Shown here piece after piece: positions 52,491-64,000 of a stretch of 64,000 nt of DNA; position 1 is the stretch's first letter, and the number at the start of each line of letters is the position of its first letter. Origin of the DNA: Octopus vulgaris (lineage: Eukaryota). The stretch lies in NCBI GenBank assembly GCA_951406725.2, contig OX597827.1:81220001-81284000 (forward strand). Direction: 5' to 3'. The notes under the pieces were generated by a model that was given only the letters and a program-made list of their open reading frames with translations, searched no databases and had not been told where the DNA came from. The translations under genes and the position numbers were made by a program.

Positions 52491-54672
52491 ATATATATGT
52501 ATTACATAATGACTTGTGTTTCTTGGTTCCGTTCCTATTTCCAGCGAATATGGACTCTCTGATGAATGCTGAACTGAAGGTAATGGTGCTAGTCTTGCCA
52601 GCGTCAATTCCCAAATAAACATATCCATTCTGTGTTGTATATATTTCTTAATAATTTTTGGACTTTGTCTTACATTGTGCTGATCCGAAATTTTTAGGCA
52701 GGAATATTTACAAATATAGGTGTGTGTGTGTGGATGTGTGTGGATTTTGTTTGTATGACCATGTGCTGCTGTGTATGTTGATACATAGGTAATTTTGATT
52801 TTTCTCATTGATGATGCTAATGATGATGATGGTGGTGGTGGTGGTTTTGATGGTGGTGGTCATTATGATTGCAATGATGGTTTAACAGCAGTCTTGTGAA
52901 ACGGTCTTCATCCAATATTGTGTAGGAGAGAGTATGTTTGGGAAGCTTGGTCTGAAGTATGGTGTGTGTGTGTGTGTGTGTGTCTGCTGGTGTGAGGGTG
53001 TGTGTGTGTGTGTGTATACATCTAGTGCATTGGTGCATATGTATGTGATGCAGGAGTGTTTCAACAGAAGTGACCTTGCGTGTATATTGGTGTGTATGTA
53101 TGTGTTAATGTCAGTGCTTAATTGTGTGTATGTATGTTAGTATGAACAATAGTGGAATGTGTGTGTGTGTGCGTGTGTATGTATGTGTATATGTGTTTAA
53201 TGGAGTGTGTGCATCACTGGGTGTCATCGTATGCAATTGTTTCTCTGCGTATGTCTTCGGTTTGAGCGTGTGTGCATTTGTATGTATGTATGTGTGTATT
53301 AATGTCAATGGTATAACAGTGTGTATATATGTGTGTCACTATTGAGGTGTTTATGTGTGTGTGTTTAACTGAGTGTGTGTATCATTGTGTATGTAATTAT
53401 TTGCGTGTGTATGTCAAAGGTGTGTATGTGTGTGCGTGTGAGTGTGTGTGTGTGTGTGTCAGTGTCAGCGGTACGGAGCAAGTTCGTTAAGAAAGATTGC
53501 CTTAATGGGAACACTATAATGTAATTAAATCTTTGGTGCCAGTTCTACTGATTTGGAAATTCAATTTCACACACTAATGATGTTGCTCTTGTTGTTATTG
53601 CTCTTGTTGTTGTTATTGATGTTGTTGTTGTTGTTGTTAATTTCAGTGTTGCTATTGTTGTTAGTCACATTTATGTTGTTGTTGTTGTTGTTGTTGTAGT
53701 TGCTGTGTTCCCACCTCTGTGTCTCATCACTTGGTCATTCTCCCTCTCTTCCTCTCCCTATGCCTTCCACTGTCCCCTTTAGGTTCATCTCTCTCCCATT
53801 TACTCTCTCTCTCTCTCTCTGTCTCCCTGTCCTCCACCACATCCACAACCACCACCACCACCACCACCTCCACCTGTACATTAACAATGTACAATCACTA
53901 CACACTACCATCACAACCACGACCGCCACCACCACCACCACCACAACTGACACCACCATCGCCACCGCCGCCACCACAACACCATCAAGGATACTACCAC
54001 ACCTACACTCCACTAACACAACTATCCCCAACTACACCACCACTTCTAAACTACACTACAACACTACTACTATACCAACACTATAACGCTACACTGGTAC
54101 ACTACAACTGCAACACAACTACAACCCAACTAGACAACAATGTCCCTACTATACTACACAACAAAGTTAACACTACACTATTAAACTACCACCAGAACAA
54201 CAAAACAACACCACTGCACAACAACTGCATCACACCACTCACCACCACTACAACATCCACTAGAACACCCACTACCACCACTACACTGCAACATTACTAC
54301 AAAACCACTACACACGTATCACCACTCCAAATTTAGCCACACAATATTGTTAACCTGACTATACCATATGGAAACAATATTATTGTATATTGTTAAATGT
54401 GTGTATAGAATGGGGAGTAGAATGATGTATACAGTGGGGTATAGAACAGTGCTTCAAGATGTATAGACAGTGGAGTGTGTAGAATGATCTGTGTAAAGTA
54501 GGACATCTAATGTCCATTATATACAAGAAATATAGTCACACACAGGTATATATGTGTGTGTGTGTGTGTGTATAGTGTATATATGTATGAGTCTATATAT
54601 GTATGTGTATATTTGATAAACTCTTTATACACCTTGTACTGTACTAACATATATATATATATACATATACAC

Positions 54673-54721
<49 letters not shown>

Positions 54722-55243
54722 TGTATGTATATGAATGTATATATACTTTCATGTATATAATCACTATCCTTCACAACCCTCTATTTACAAGCTGCAATTA
54801 ATGCCTACACAACTCTATATACACCCGCCATTACCAGCCAAAGTAATTATACTAACTTCATTAGTGATATTAATGTACATCAAGACAATTAACAAAGCAC
54901 TGATAGATATTTAAATGTTGTAATTGTCACATACACACATTATACTCCTCTGTAGACAGCTGTGTTATGTATATCATGTGTACATATACAAGCCAACATA
55001 TATACATACATACAAACATACATATATATGTGTGCATGTATATATATATATATACATATATATGCATGTATATGTATACAAATAATCATGTGTATACATA
55101 TATATATAAAGACACGCACACACACATATATATATATGTATGTATAACTACATAATAATGTATTGATATCTATATTTCTCTATCCATATATATATATGTA
55201 TGAAAAATAAATATATATATGTATATATATATGTATGTATATT

Positions 55244-55300
<57 letters not shown>

Positions 55301-55699
55301 GTGGGTATATAAGCAATATATTCATAGGTAAAGAGAGATATATAAACTTAGATATACATGAATGCAAATACATACATATCTAATTGTGTATTTGTGTGTT
55401 TATATATGTGTGTATGTATACATGTATATATATATATATATATATACATACATATGCATGTGTACACACAAACACCCACACTCACATATATAGAAAAGAA
55501 CAAATATAATTTGAACACTTTATAAGCAGACAGCAAGCAGAGCAACAACAATACTTTGAGCTCCACCCCACCCCACTACCAGCCCCACACCCCATGCAAC
55601 ACCAACGACTTCACCACCTCCACCACCAGGTGAATAGAAATCAAAATGAAATAACAATGTATATATATAAATATATGTGTGTGTATATGTATTTGTATA

Positions 55700-55734
<35 letters not shown>

Positions 55735-56458
55735 GTATGTATGTATGTATATATAAATATATATAAATATATATATGTATATATATGTATATATATGTGT
55801 GTGTGTATATATATATATATACGCACACATATATATCTGTATATAAATATACATGTATATATGTATGCGTATATTCACCTATGTTTATTTATATGCATGT
55901 ATGTATACATGTATTCATACATATATGTGTGTGGGGTGGGTGCACATGTGTGCATGTATGTATGTGTGTACCACTTTCTCTGTGTATATGTAGCTGTGTA
56001 TTTCACTTATGTATGTATATGTAAATATATTTCTCTATGAGAAGATATCCAATAGATGTGTGATAAACTGTTATCACACTGCCAGTTTCTATTAACAATA
56101 ATTCAATTAATATCTTACTATTAAAGCTCTTAACAGTAATTAACGAAACTCAACTAATTAGAAACCAAAATAATATACACACATATACACATGTATTGTC
56201 ACACAGACACACAAGTTGATACACACATACATACAACCATACATACATATATGATATACATACAAAAACACATATGTATATAATAAACATAGTTATAACA
56301 ACTTTATGTATATAAATATATATTTATGATATACATTTGTGTGTGTGTGTGTGTGTATGCATTTGTGCACTCACACAAGATGATAAATGCATACATGTGA
56401 TATATATAGTTATGATATATCTATGTATATAATCTATATTTATGAATATATACATTTC

Positions 56459-56521
<63 letters not shown>

Positions 56522-57016
56522 TGTATGTATGTATGGATGGATGGATGCATTAATGTATATATATATGTGCATGTGTGTATGTGTGTGTGTAAGTTTGTAC
56601 ATATGTATATATAGGTGTGAGAATATAATGTATATGTACGTATTAATACATATATATAAACACACACACCATTCATTTTATGTATTTTACCAACAAATGG
56701 AGCATAATTGTCTTCTTGCTGTTTCGAATAATTCTGCGCATATCTTTCAGTGCAAACACCAAAATGCATATAACAGCAGGTTGCATAACAACAAGGTGTA
56801 TACATCGACAAAATGTATATAAACTCTAAAAGTCCCTTACCACTTTCTTTGTTCTCCCCTGACGAGGTATCACATGTCCATAGACTTTTGAGATTGCTTC
56901 GATATAAAAAGGAAATCTGTGTCCAAAGGAATATGGGTGGTTATTTCAAATTTCTTTTTATTGCATTTACTGTTATTTTCATTTCTCTTCATTTCAGCTG
57001 TAGTAAAACTTGTATA

Positions 57017-57705
57017 AACATGGTTCAGGGTTCAGTCCCACTGCATGGCACCTTGGGCAAGTGTCTTCTACTCTAGCCTCAGGCTGACCACACCCTTGTG
57101 AGTGGATTTGGCAGATGGAAACTGAAAGAAGCCCAACGTGAAGGCTCATGGTTCAGTGGCTAGAGCATCGAACTTATGACCGTGAGGTTGTGAGTTCGAA
57201 TCGTGAACTGGACCGGGATACGTGTTGTGTTCTTGAGCAAGACACTTTATTTCACATTGCTCCAGTTCACTCAGCTGTAGAAATGAGTTGCGACGTCACT
57301 GGTGCCAAGCTGTATTGGCCCCTTTGCCTTTCCCTTAGATAGCACTGGTGGTGTAGAGAGGGGAGGCCGGTATGCATGGGTAACTGCTGGTCTTCCATAA
57401 ACAACTTTGCCCAGACTTGTGCTTCGGAGGGTAACTTTATAGGTGCAATCCCATAGTCATTCGTGACTGTAGGGGGTCTCTGAGATATATATATATATAC
57501 CTCTTTGTTTGTCTGTGCTTGTCCCCCACCATCACTTGACAACCAATGTTGGTGTGTTTACGTCCCCGTAACTTAGTGGTTTGGCAGAAGGGGCTGATAG
57601 AATAAGTACTAGGCTTACAAAGAATAAGTCCTGGGGTCGATTTGTTCGACTAAAGGTGGTGCTCCAGCATGGCTGCCATCAAATGATTGAAACAAATAAA
57701 AGAAT
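57017..57705 (+). mobile_element. SINE family B with nested SINE family D (57138-57480)
   Basis: Family B head ends gaaagaagcccaac. A tRNA-like head follows (tggttcagtggctagagc..gagttcgaatc), then the family B tail from ~57500. Confidence 0.8.
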
Positions 57706-57869
57706 ATGATACATACATACATGCAAATATATATATATATATATACTTAAATACTTAGATAAGTTTCAGCAAGATTTGGCCCAAGCCATGCTACACCTAA
57801 CTTAGTAGCAACTGGAAAAGACAGTTCATGATGTTTCATACTACACCCTAAGCCATTTAAGAGTTATTC

Positions 57870-58470
57870 CTATTTTCAATTTCATGCTTGTGCATTGTTT
57901 GTTTTTAATTTTGTCGACTACACAGCATAATAGTAGGGTCAGTTGGGCACCGTCTGTGAGAAAAACAGCACCCTAATGCAATTCATTCTGCTAGAAATTT
58001 GGAAATGAAATGCTGTACTGCTTGGTATTCATGCCAGAAGCTCCAATACAAACTTTTAAGAGTGTTTGGGTTTCAATCTGAGGATATGTACCGAGAGTGA
58101 TAAAAATCAAACATCCAGTCAACATCATGGTGTTTAGAATGATCACTAGTGATGGCGACGTTATGCCTGTATTCATCTTCCCAGATGGTCTCACACTCAA
58201 CATGGAGGCCTACATCAAGTGCCTGGAGGAGGTAGTGCAGTCCTAGGCCAAGAGGAAGATCCTATGTCTGGTAATAGGACTCTGGACCATGCCACACAAG
58301 CAGAAGAACCCAGTCATGGCAGTCAGATAATTTCTGTGACATATCACCCTTAACATCTGGCCACTTAACTCCCACACTGCAATACCCTTGATTATCATGT
58401 GTGGGGTGCAGTTGAGCGAGAGACCAGCAAAACTCCTTGTAACACCAAAGATGAACTGAAGGCAAGGAGT
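57870..58470 (+). mobile_element. Tc1/mariner-superfamily relic (same family as 16244 and 21784 copies)
   Basis: IKIKHPVNIMVFRMITSDGDVMPVFIFPDGLTLNMEAYIKCLEEVV..IWPLNSPHCNTLDYHVWGAVE. Confidence 0.85.
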
Positions 58471-58520
58471 ATAGCTTGCAATTTGTGATGATATTTTGAT
58501 AATACCACTCCTCTTATATT

Positions 58521-58567
<47 letters not shown>

Positions 58568-59039
58568 ATGTTGTATGTATATATACTTACATTTGCACAC
58601 ACACACACACACATATATTTGCATATGCACATACACACATCGATATACTAGGAGGATAGGTGGAATTGCTCAGGAAAGAAGCAACTGAGTTTGTAATGAA
58701 ATATTTATAAAATGCTCATGATAATTCTGCGTAAATTTACTTCCTGAAAGTCAGTGTATGATTCTGGCCTTTATAACAGAAATAAGCTACACCATTTAAA
58801 AAGGCACCCATTATCCCTGACAGAACAGAGAAAATTCTCAGCAAAAAGCTTTCATCATAAACAATGGCCTTCGTTTTCATTTCTTTTCTCTTCTGAGTTA
58901 AAGATTGTCTTCCAACCAGTGAGCATCTGACGTATATTCTTGTTCTATTCACGTGGCTGATAATAATAGAAATAAACAAATATTAACAGTTAGGGACAGG
59001 AATTTGTATTGACCAATAAATATAGGTTTTTATCTTTTA

Positions 59040-59265
59040 TTCTTTACTTGTTTCAGTATTGGACTGTGGCCATGCTGGGGCTATGCCTTGAAGAATTCTT
59101 TGTTGATTGAATTGACCCCAGGATTTATTTCTTTTTTTCTAAAAACCTGGTAATTTTTTACCAAACACTAAATTACGGAGATGTAAACACACCAACACTA
59201 ACTATCATGTGGTGGTGGTGGGGACAAACACATACACACACTAATGCACGTGTGCACACACACAC

Positions 59266-59310
<45 letters not shown>

Positions 59311-59480
59311 TAAATATATACAATGGGCATCTTTCAGCTTCCATCTACCAAATCATCTTACAAGTTTTCACTTGACCCAAGGCTAGAGTAGGAGACACTT
59401 GCCCAATGTGTCAGGCCAAGGGACTGACCCCAGAACCATGTGGCTGGAAAGCCAACTTCTTAATACAGAGTCATGCCACT
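59040..59480 (-). mobile_element. Decayed SINE family B
   Basis: cttttacttgtttcagt..actgtggccatgctgg..gacacttgccca..gggactga..accatgtgg. Confidence 0.7.
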
Positions 59481-60016
59481 GCCTTGGATTTTTTTTTTAA
59501 CTGATCTGGAAAATTTTCTTACTATTAAATTGCAATCAAATGAAAACTTTTTGGAAAACAAAAAAGTGAAAAATGTCAAAATTGACTTATTTCTAAACAT
59601 GAATAAATGGAAAAAAAAATCTTTTATTGAATAATGTTGATGTAATATTAATGGAACCAAGTGTGAAAGGGATATTTATATAAAGAACATAAAACCTATT
59701 TGAGTTTGCAATAGATAAAAATATCTCTAGTGGCAGAACTGAGCGACTGCTGAAGAAAAAGGGAAATAACTAGAGGACATGATGGCTGGTTAGAAATATA
59801 TAGCTGTTATGATAAGGGTCTGAATATTTCAACATTGAACTGAAAGATAAAGGGATTGTATATACTTCAATAAATGGGACAGAAACATTCATTAAGAAAG
59901 CTAGAATAATAATTATAACAATAATAATAATGATAATAATAATACTAATAATAATGATGATGATGATAATAATGATAATAATGATGATGATGATAATAGT
60001 AATAATGATAACAATA

Positions 60017-60670
60017 ATCCTTTCTACTATAGGCACAAGGCCAGAGATTTTGGAAGAGGGGTAAGTTGATTACATCGACCCCCCCAGTGTTCAACTGGTA
60101 CTTATTTAATCGACTCCAAAAGGATGACAGGCAAAGTCAACCTCAGTGGGATTTGAACTCAGAACATGAGAATAGACAATAAGCTGCTAAGCATTTGGCC
60201 TGCGTCCTAACAGTTCTGCCATCATTTTGATGGCAATGTGCTGCTCTTTCACTCAGTAATCATCATCATCATCATCATCACTGTCTATTCTACTGTAGGC
60301 ACAAGGCCTGCAATTTTGGCTGCTGGAATCAGTTGATTACACCTGACCCCAGTATTTAATAGGTATTTATTTCATTGACCCCGAAAAGAAAAATAGAAAA
60401 GTCAACTTCAGCAGAATTTGAACTCAGAACATAAAAACATGTGAAATTCTGCTGAGCATGTTGTCTCGGTGGCTGGTGATTCTGCTGGGTCACAAAGCCT
60501 GAAATCCTGGGGGAGCAGGTTTAGTCGATGACATTGACCCCACTGCCCAGCTGGTGCTTATTTCATTGACAATAAGGGTGAAAGGCAGATTTACCTCAGT
60601 GAGACTTGAACTCTGAACCTGGAGATGGACAAAATTGCAAACAAGTCTGGCATGTTAACTATTCTGTTAG
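60017..60670 (-). mobile_element. Three tandem decayed SINE family A copies
   Basis: Repeated aggcacaaggcc..gattaca..gacccc..ttgaactc motifs at ~60030, ~60296 and ~60495. Confidence 0.7.
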
Positions 60671-60775
60671 TTTGCTATCTTAATAATAATAATAATAATA
60701 ATAATAAGAAGAAGAAGAAGAAGAAGAAGAAAAAGAACAACAACAATAATAATAACAATAATAACAACAATGATG

Positions 60776-60806
<31 letters not shown>

Positions 60807-60932
60807 TGATGATGATGATGATAATAATCATATGACTCCTGTTGTGTATGTATATTTTCGTAATTTTTAAGTAAATCTAAGCACAGCCATGTAGACAGGC
60901 ATTGCCAAATATTCAATAAGATATATATATAT

Positions 60933-61255
60933 GTGCTGGTGGCACATAAAAAGCACCATCCGAATGCGGCCCATGCCAGCACATCCTGACTGGCCCCCAT
61001 GCCGGTGGCACGTAAAAAGCACTATCTGAACTTGATCGATGCCAGGCCTGCCTGACAGGCTCCTGTGCTGGTGGCACATAAAAAGCACCCACTAACCTCA
61101 TGAAGTGGTTGGTGTTAGGAAGGGCATCCAGCTGTAGAAACATTGCCAGATTAGCTTGGAGCCTGATGCAGCCTCCTTGGCTTGCCAGTCCCCAGTCAAA
61201 CCGTCCAACCCATGCCAGCATGGAAAACGGACGTTAAATGATGATGACGATGATG
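60933..61255 (+). mobile_element. RTE LINE 3' tail
   Basis: Three ggtggcac(a/g)taaaaagcac units; end aaaacggacgttaaat(gat)n. Confidence 0.8.
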
Positions 61256-61412
61256 GTATATATGTACATATATATAAATATATATACACAAATATGTGTG
61301 TGCATATGTGCAGAGATACACACACACACACACACACTCTCTATAAATCACTATAAGGTATAACATCTAACACTGATATTCATTCTTTTAGTGTATATAA
61401 ATATATAAATGC

Positions 61413-61443
<31 letters not shown>

Positions 61444-61642
61444 AATACTCACACATTCACATAAGCTTGTGTATATGTGCATACATATAAAACAGTTAAT
61501 TAAAACTGGAGCAACTATCATTATTATTATTATTAAAGATGAATGAATGCATGTATATATATGTGTGTGTGTACATATGTATTACGCACACACACATATA
61601 TACATTATATATATATATACATATATACATATATAAATATAC

Positions 61643-61787
<145 letters not shown>

Positions 61788-62112
61788 TACATATATATGC
61801 ATACATACATATATATATATATATATACATGCACATACACAGAGACCCATCTACACTCATAGAAATAATCTCGACCAACACAATTGCGACTTCATTAGAA
61901 GCCATATATAGCTGCTGCCAAAGAGAGATATAAAAGACATTGATGAGAAATGTCTGGCCAGCAGAATGGAGGTGGCGTGAGGAATTTAATGCCAGTGTTT
62001 GGAAATCCTGTGCACTTTTATTAGATGTCTACATAAATATATACATGTATACATACGTTTGTCTATGTGTATATTTTTCAATTACATACAGGCACATATA
62101 CACATACATACA

Positions 62113-62179
<67 letters not shown>

Positions 62180-62296
62180 CCACACTTGAAAAAAGATTTT
62201 CTTAAATTAATATAACTGTTAAATAAAAAAAATCATTAGCACAAACCTGATGGAAGAGAAGATGTGTATGTGTGAGTATGTGTCTGTATACACATA

Positions 62297-62340
<44 letters not shown>

Positions 62341-62403
62341 GTATATATATATGTGTGTGTGTGTATACACATATTCATATATGTATGTATGTATATATAT
62401 ATA

Positions 62404-62439
<36 letters not shown>

Positions 62440-62573
62440 CACACACACACACTTATGTATGTATATACATAGGTATATATATTTGTATATATATATATAT
62501 ATATAATCTTTGGAACTAATGAGTATATGTCAATAAAGACTAGTGCTAAATCTATATTCCATTTCCTTCCTCA

Positions 62574-62654
<81 letters not shown>

Positions 62655-62727
62655 CACAAACACATGCACTCACATATGTATACACATACATATATGTATG
62701 TGTGTATGTGCATAAATATCTTTGTGC

Positions 62728-62790
<63 letters not shown>

Positions 62791-62792
<2 letters not shown>

Positions 62793-62905
62793 TCAGACTG
62801 GGCCTGGTGCAGCCTTCTGGCTCCCAGACCCCAGTTGCACCGTCCAACCCATGCCAGGATGGAAAACGGACGCTAAACGATGATGATGATGATGATGATG
62901 ATGAT
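62791..62905 (+). mobile_element. Very short RTE 3' tail inserted in (TA)n
   Basis: gatcagactgggcc..aaaacggacgctaaac(gat)n. Confidence 0.75.
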
Positions 62906-63235
62906 AATATATATATACATATAGACACACATATATATATATATATTTGTGTGTGTATGTATGTATACGCATGCACACACACACATATATATCTTTATTT
63001 ATTTATTTATATATATATACAAACACACATCTATATCTTTATATATTCTTATATACACTCACAGTGATGTACTCAGACTATGTACAGCTGTATGACTAAG
63101 AAGTTCTTACAATCTTTGCTTATGGTGTTCAGGACCAAAGCCTTTGTCGGTGAATTGGGCAGACAGAATCTGAAAGACACCTGCTGCATACATGTGTGCA
63201 TCTGCGTGTGTGTGTGTGTGAGAGAGTATGCATAC

Positions 63236-63269
<34 letters not shown>

Positions 63270-63801
63270 AATTATCTGTGTGTTTGTGTCTTAATGTCTT
63301 GGCATAGCATGAAAATTGTAAATGATTTTCACTGTCATACAAGCAGTGTAATTTGTTTCCAATCCTCAGTGAAAACATGTCTGGCCAGAGGGTGATATCA
63401 TCTTGCTTGAACAAAGGCAATGTTTCATGACAAGACAGCTGACCATAGAAAATCTGTTTCAGCAAATTATGTTTGACTGATGCAATCACAGAAATGTAGA
63501 TGTTAAAATGAGGATGCTGATGATGCTGGTGATGACAATGACGATGATTCCTCAGGCTTCATTACAGTCTCCAGTCCAGTGCATAGCAGTGACACATGAC
63601 CCTGATGGGGATATTCTTTCTTTGATCCCTGCATCACAACACCAAACATCTACACCCAATCCATTATATAATTTTGTTCACTGAATGTTTATACACAGTG
63701 TGACCTTATTCAGTGACCCTTATAAGGGCCACTGAAATGAAATAGGCTTAGGGATGATGCCTTGTGGTATACCGGTCATTATTGCAGATATTTCAGGTAG
63801 G

Positions 63802-63835
<34 letters not shown>

Positions 63836-64000
63836 TTGTTTTGCAAGATTCTTGATGTGAAATCGTGTTTTGAAACAGATGTCCTTGTAATTAGGAATGG
63901 TTTATTGGCTAAACTGGCAAAATGACCATTCCTAAATACAACAATAATATATATATATATATATATTTTTCAGTATGTGACCTCGTGAAGACCACTTGCA

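Noticed and set aside
52545-52630. Hammerhead at CTGATGA 52559
   Set aside because: No correctly placed GAAA/UH segment downstream.
58737-58979. Minus-strand ORF as N-terminus of another protocadherin
   Set aside because: No cadherin motifs, short, and no supporting downstream ectodomain sequence.
61930-62022. Hammerhead-like TTGATGA..GAAA with ataaaag/cttttat pairing
   Set aside because: The core is altered, stem II is poor and stem III is absent; not distinguishable from chance by eye.
63843-63888. Hammerhead suggested by GAAACAGATGTC
   Set aside because: No CUGANGA-like segment in the correct position.

Overview
This is AT-rich, microsatellite-saturated animal genomic DNA, very probably from an octopus (inferred from the protocadherin type and the SINE/RTE repeat content). 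The only host gene I can support is the 3' part of a protocadherin on the + strand. Its large ectodomain/TM exon runs in from the window edge to a GTAAGT donor at 1560, with candidate small cytoplasmic exons at 5532-5621 and 7673-7699. The remaining ~56 kb is repeats: several tRNA-derived SINE families, RTE LINE fragments (one with a PHD-like finger after the RT core), a CR1-like LINE fragment, two R4/Dong-like endonuclease fragments, Tc1/mariner relics and a decayed Penelope-like element (RT plus C-terminal GIY-YIG). The most notable unexplained signal is a set of short non-coding elements sitting in or beside (TA)n tracts. They often occur as inverted pairs or long hairpins and carry minimal type I hammerhead-ribozyme-like motifs of at least four unrelated sequence types. 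One copy with an intact core lies in sense orientation in protocadherin intron 1. All calls were made by eye; coordinates of decayed repeats are approximate and no folding or database search was run.
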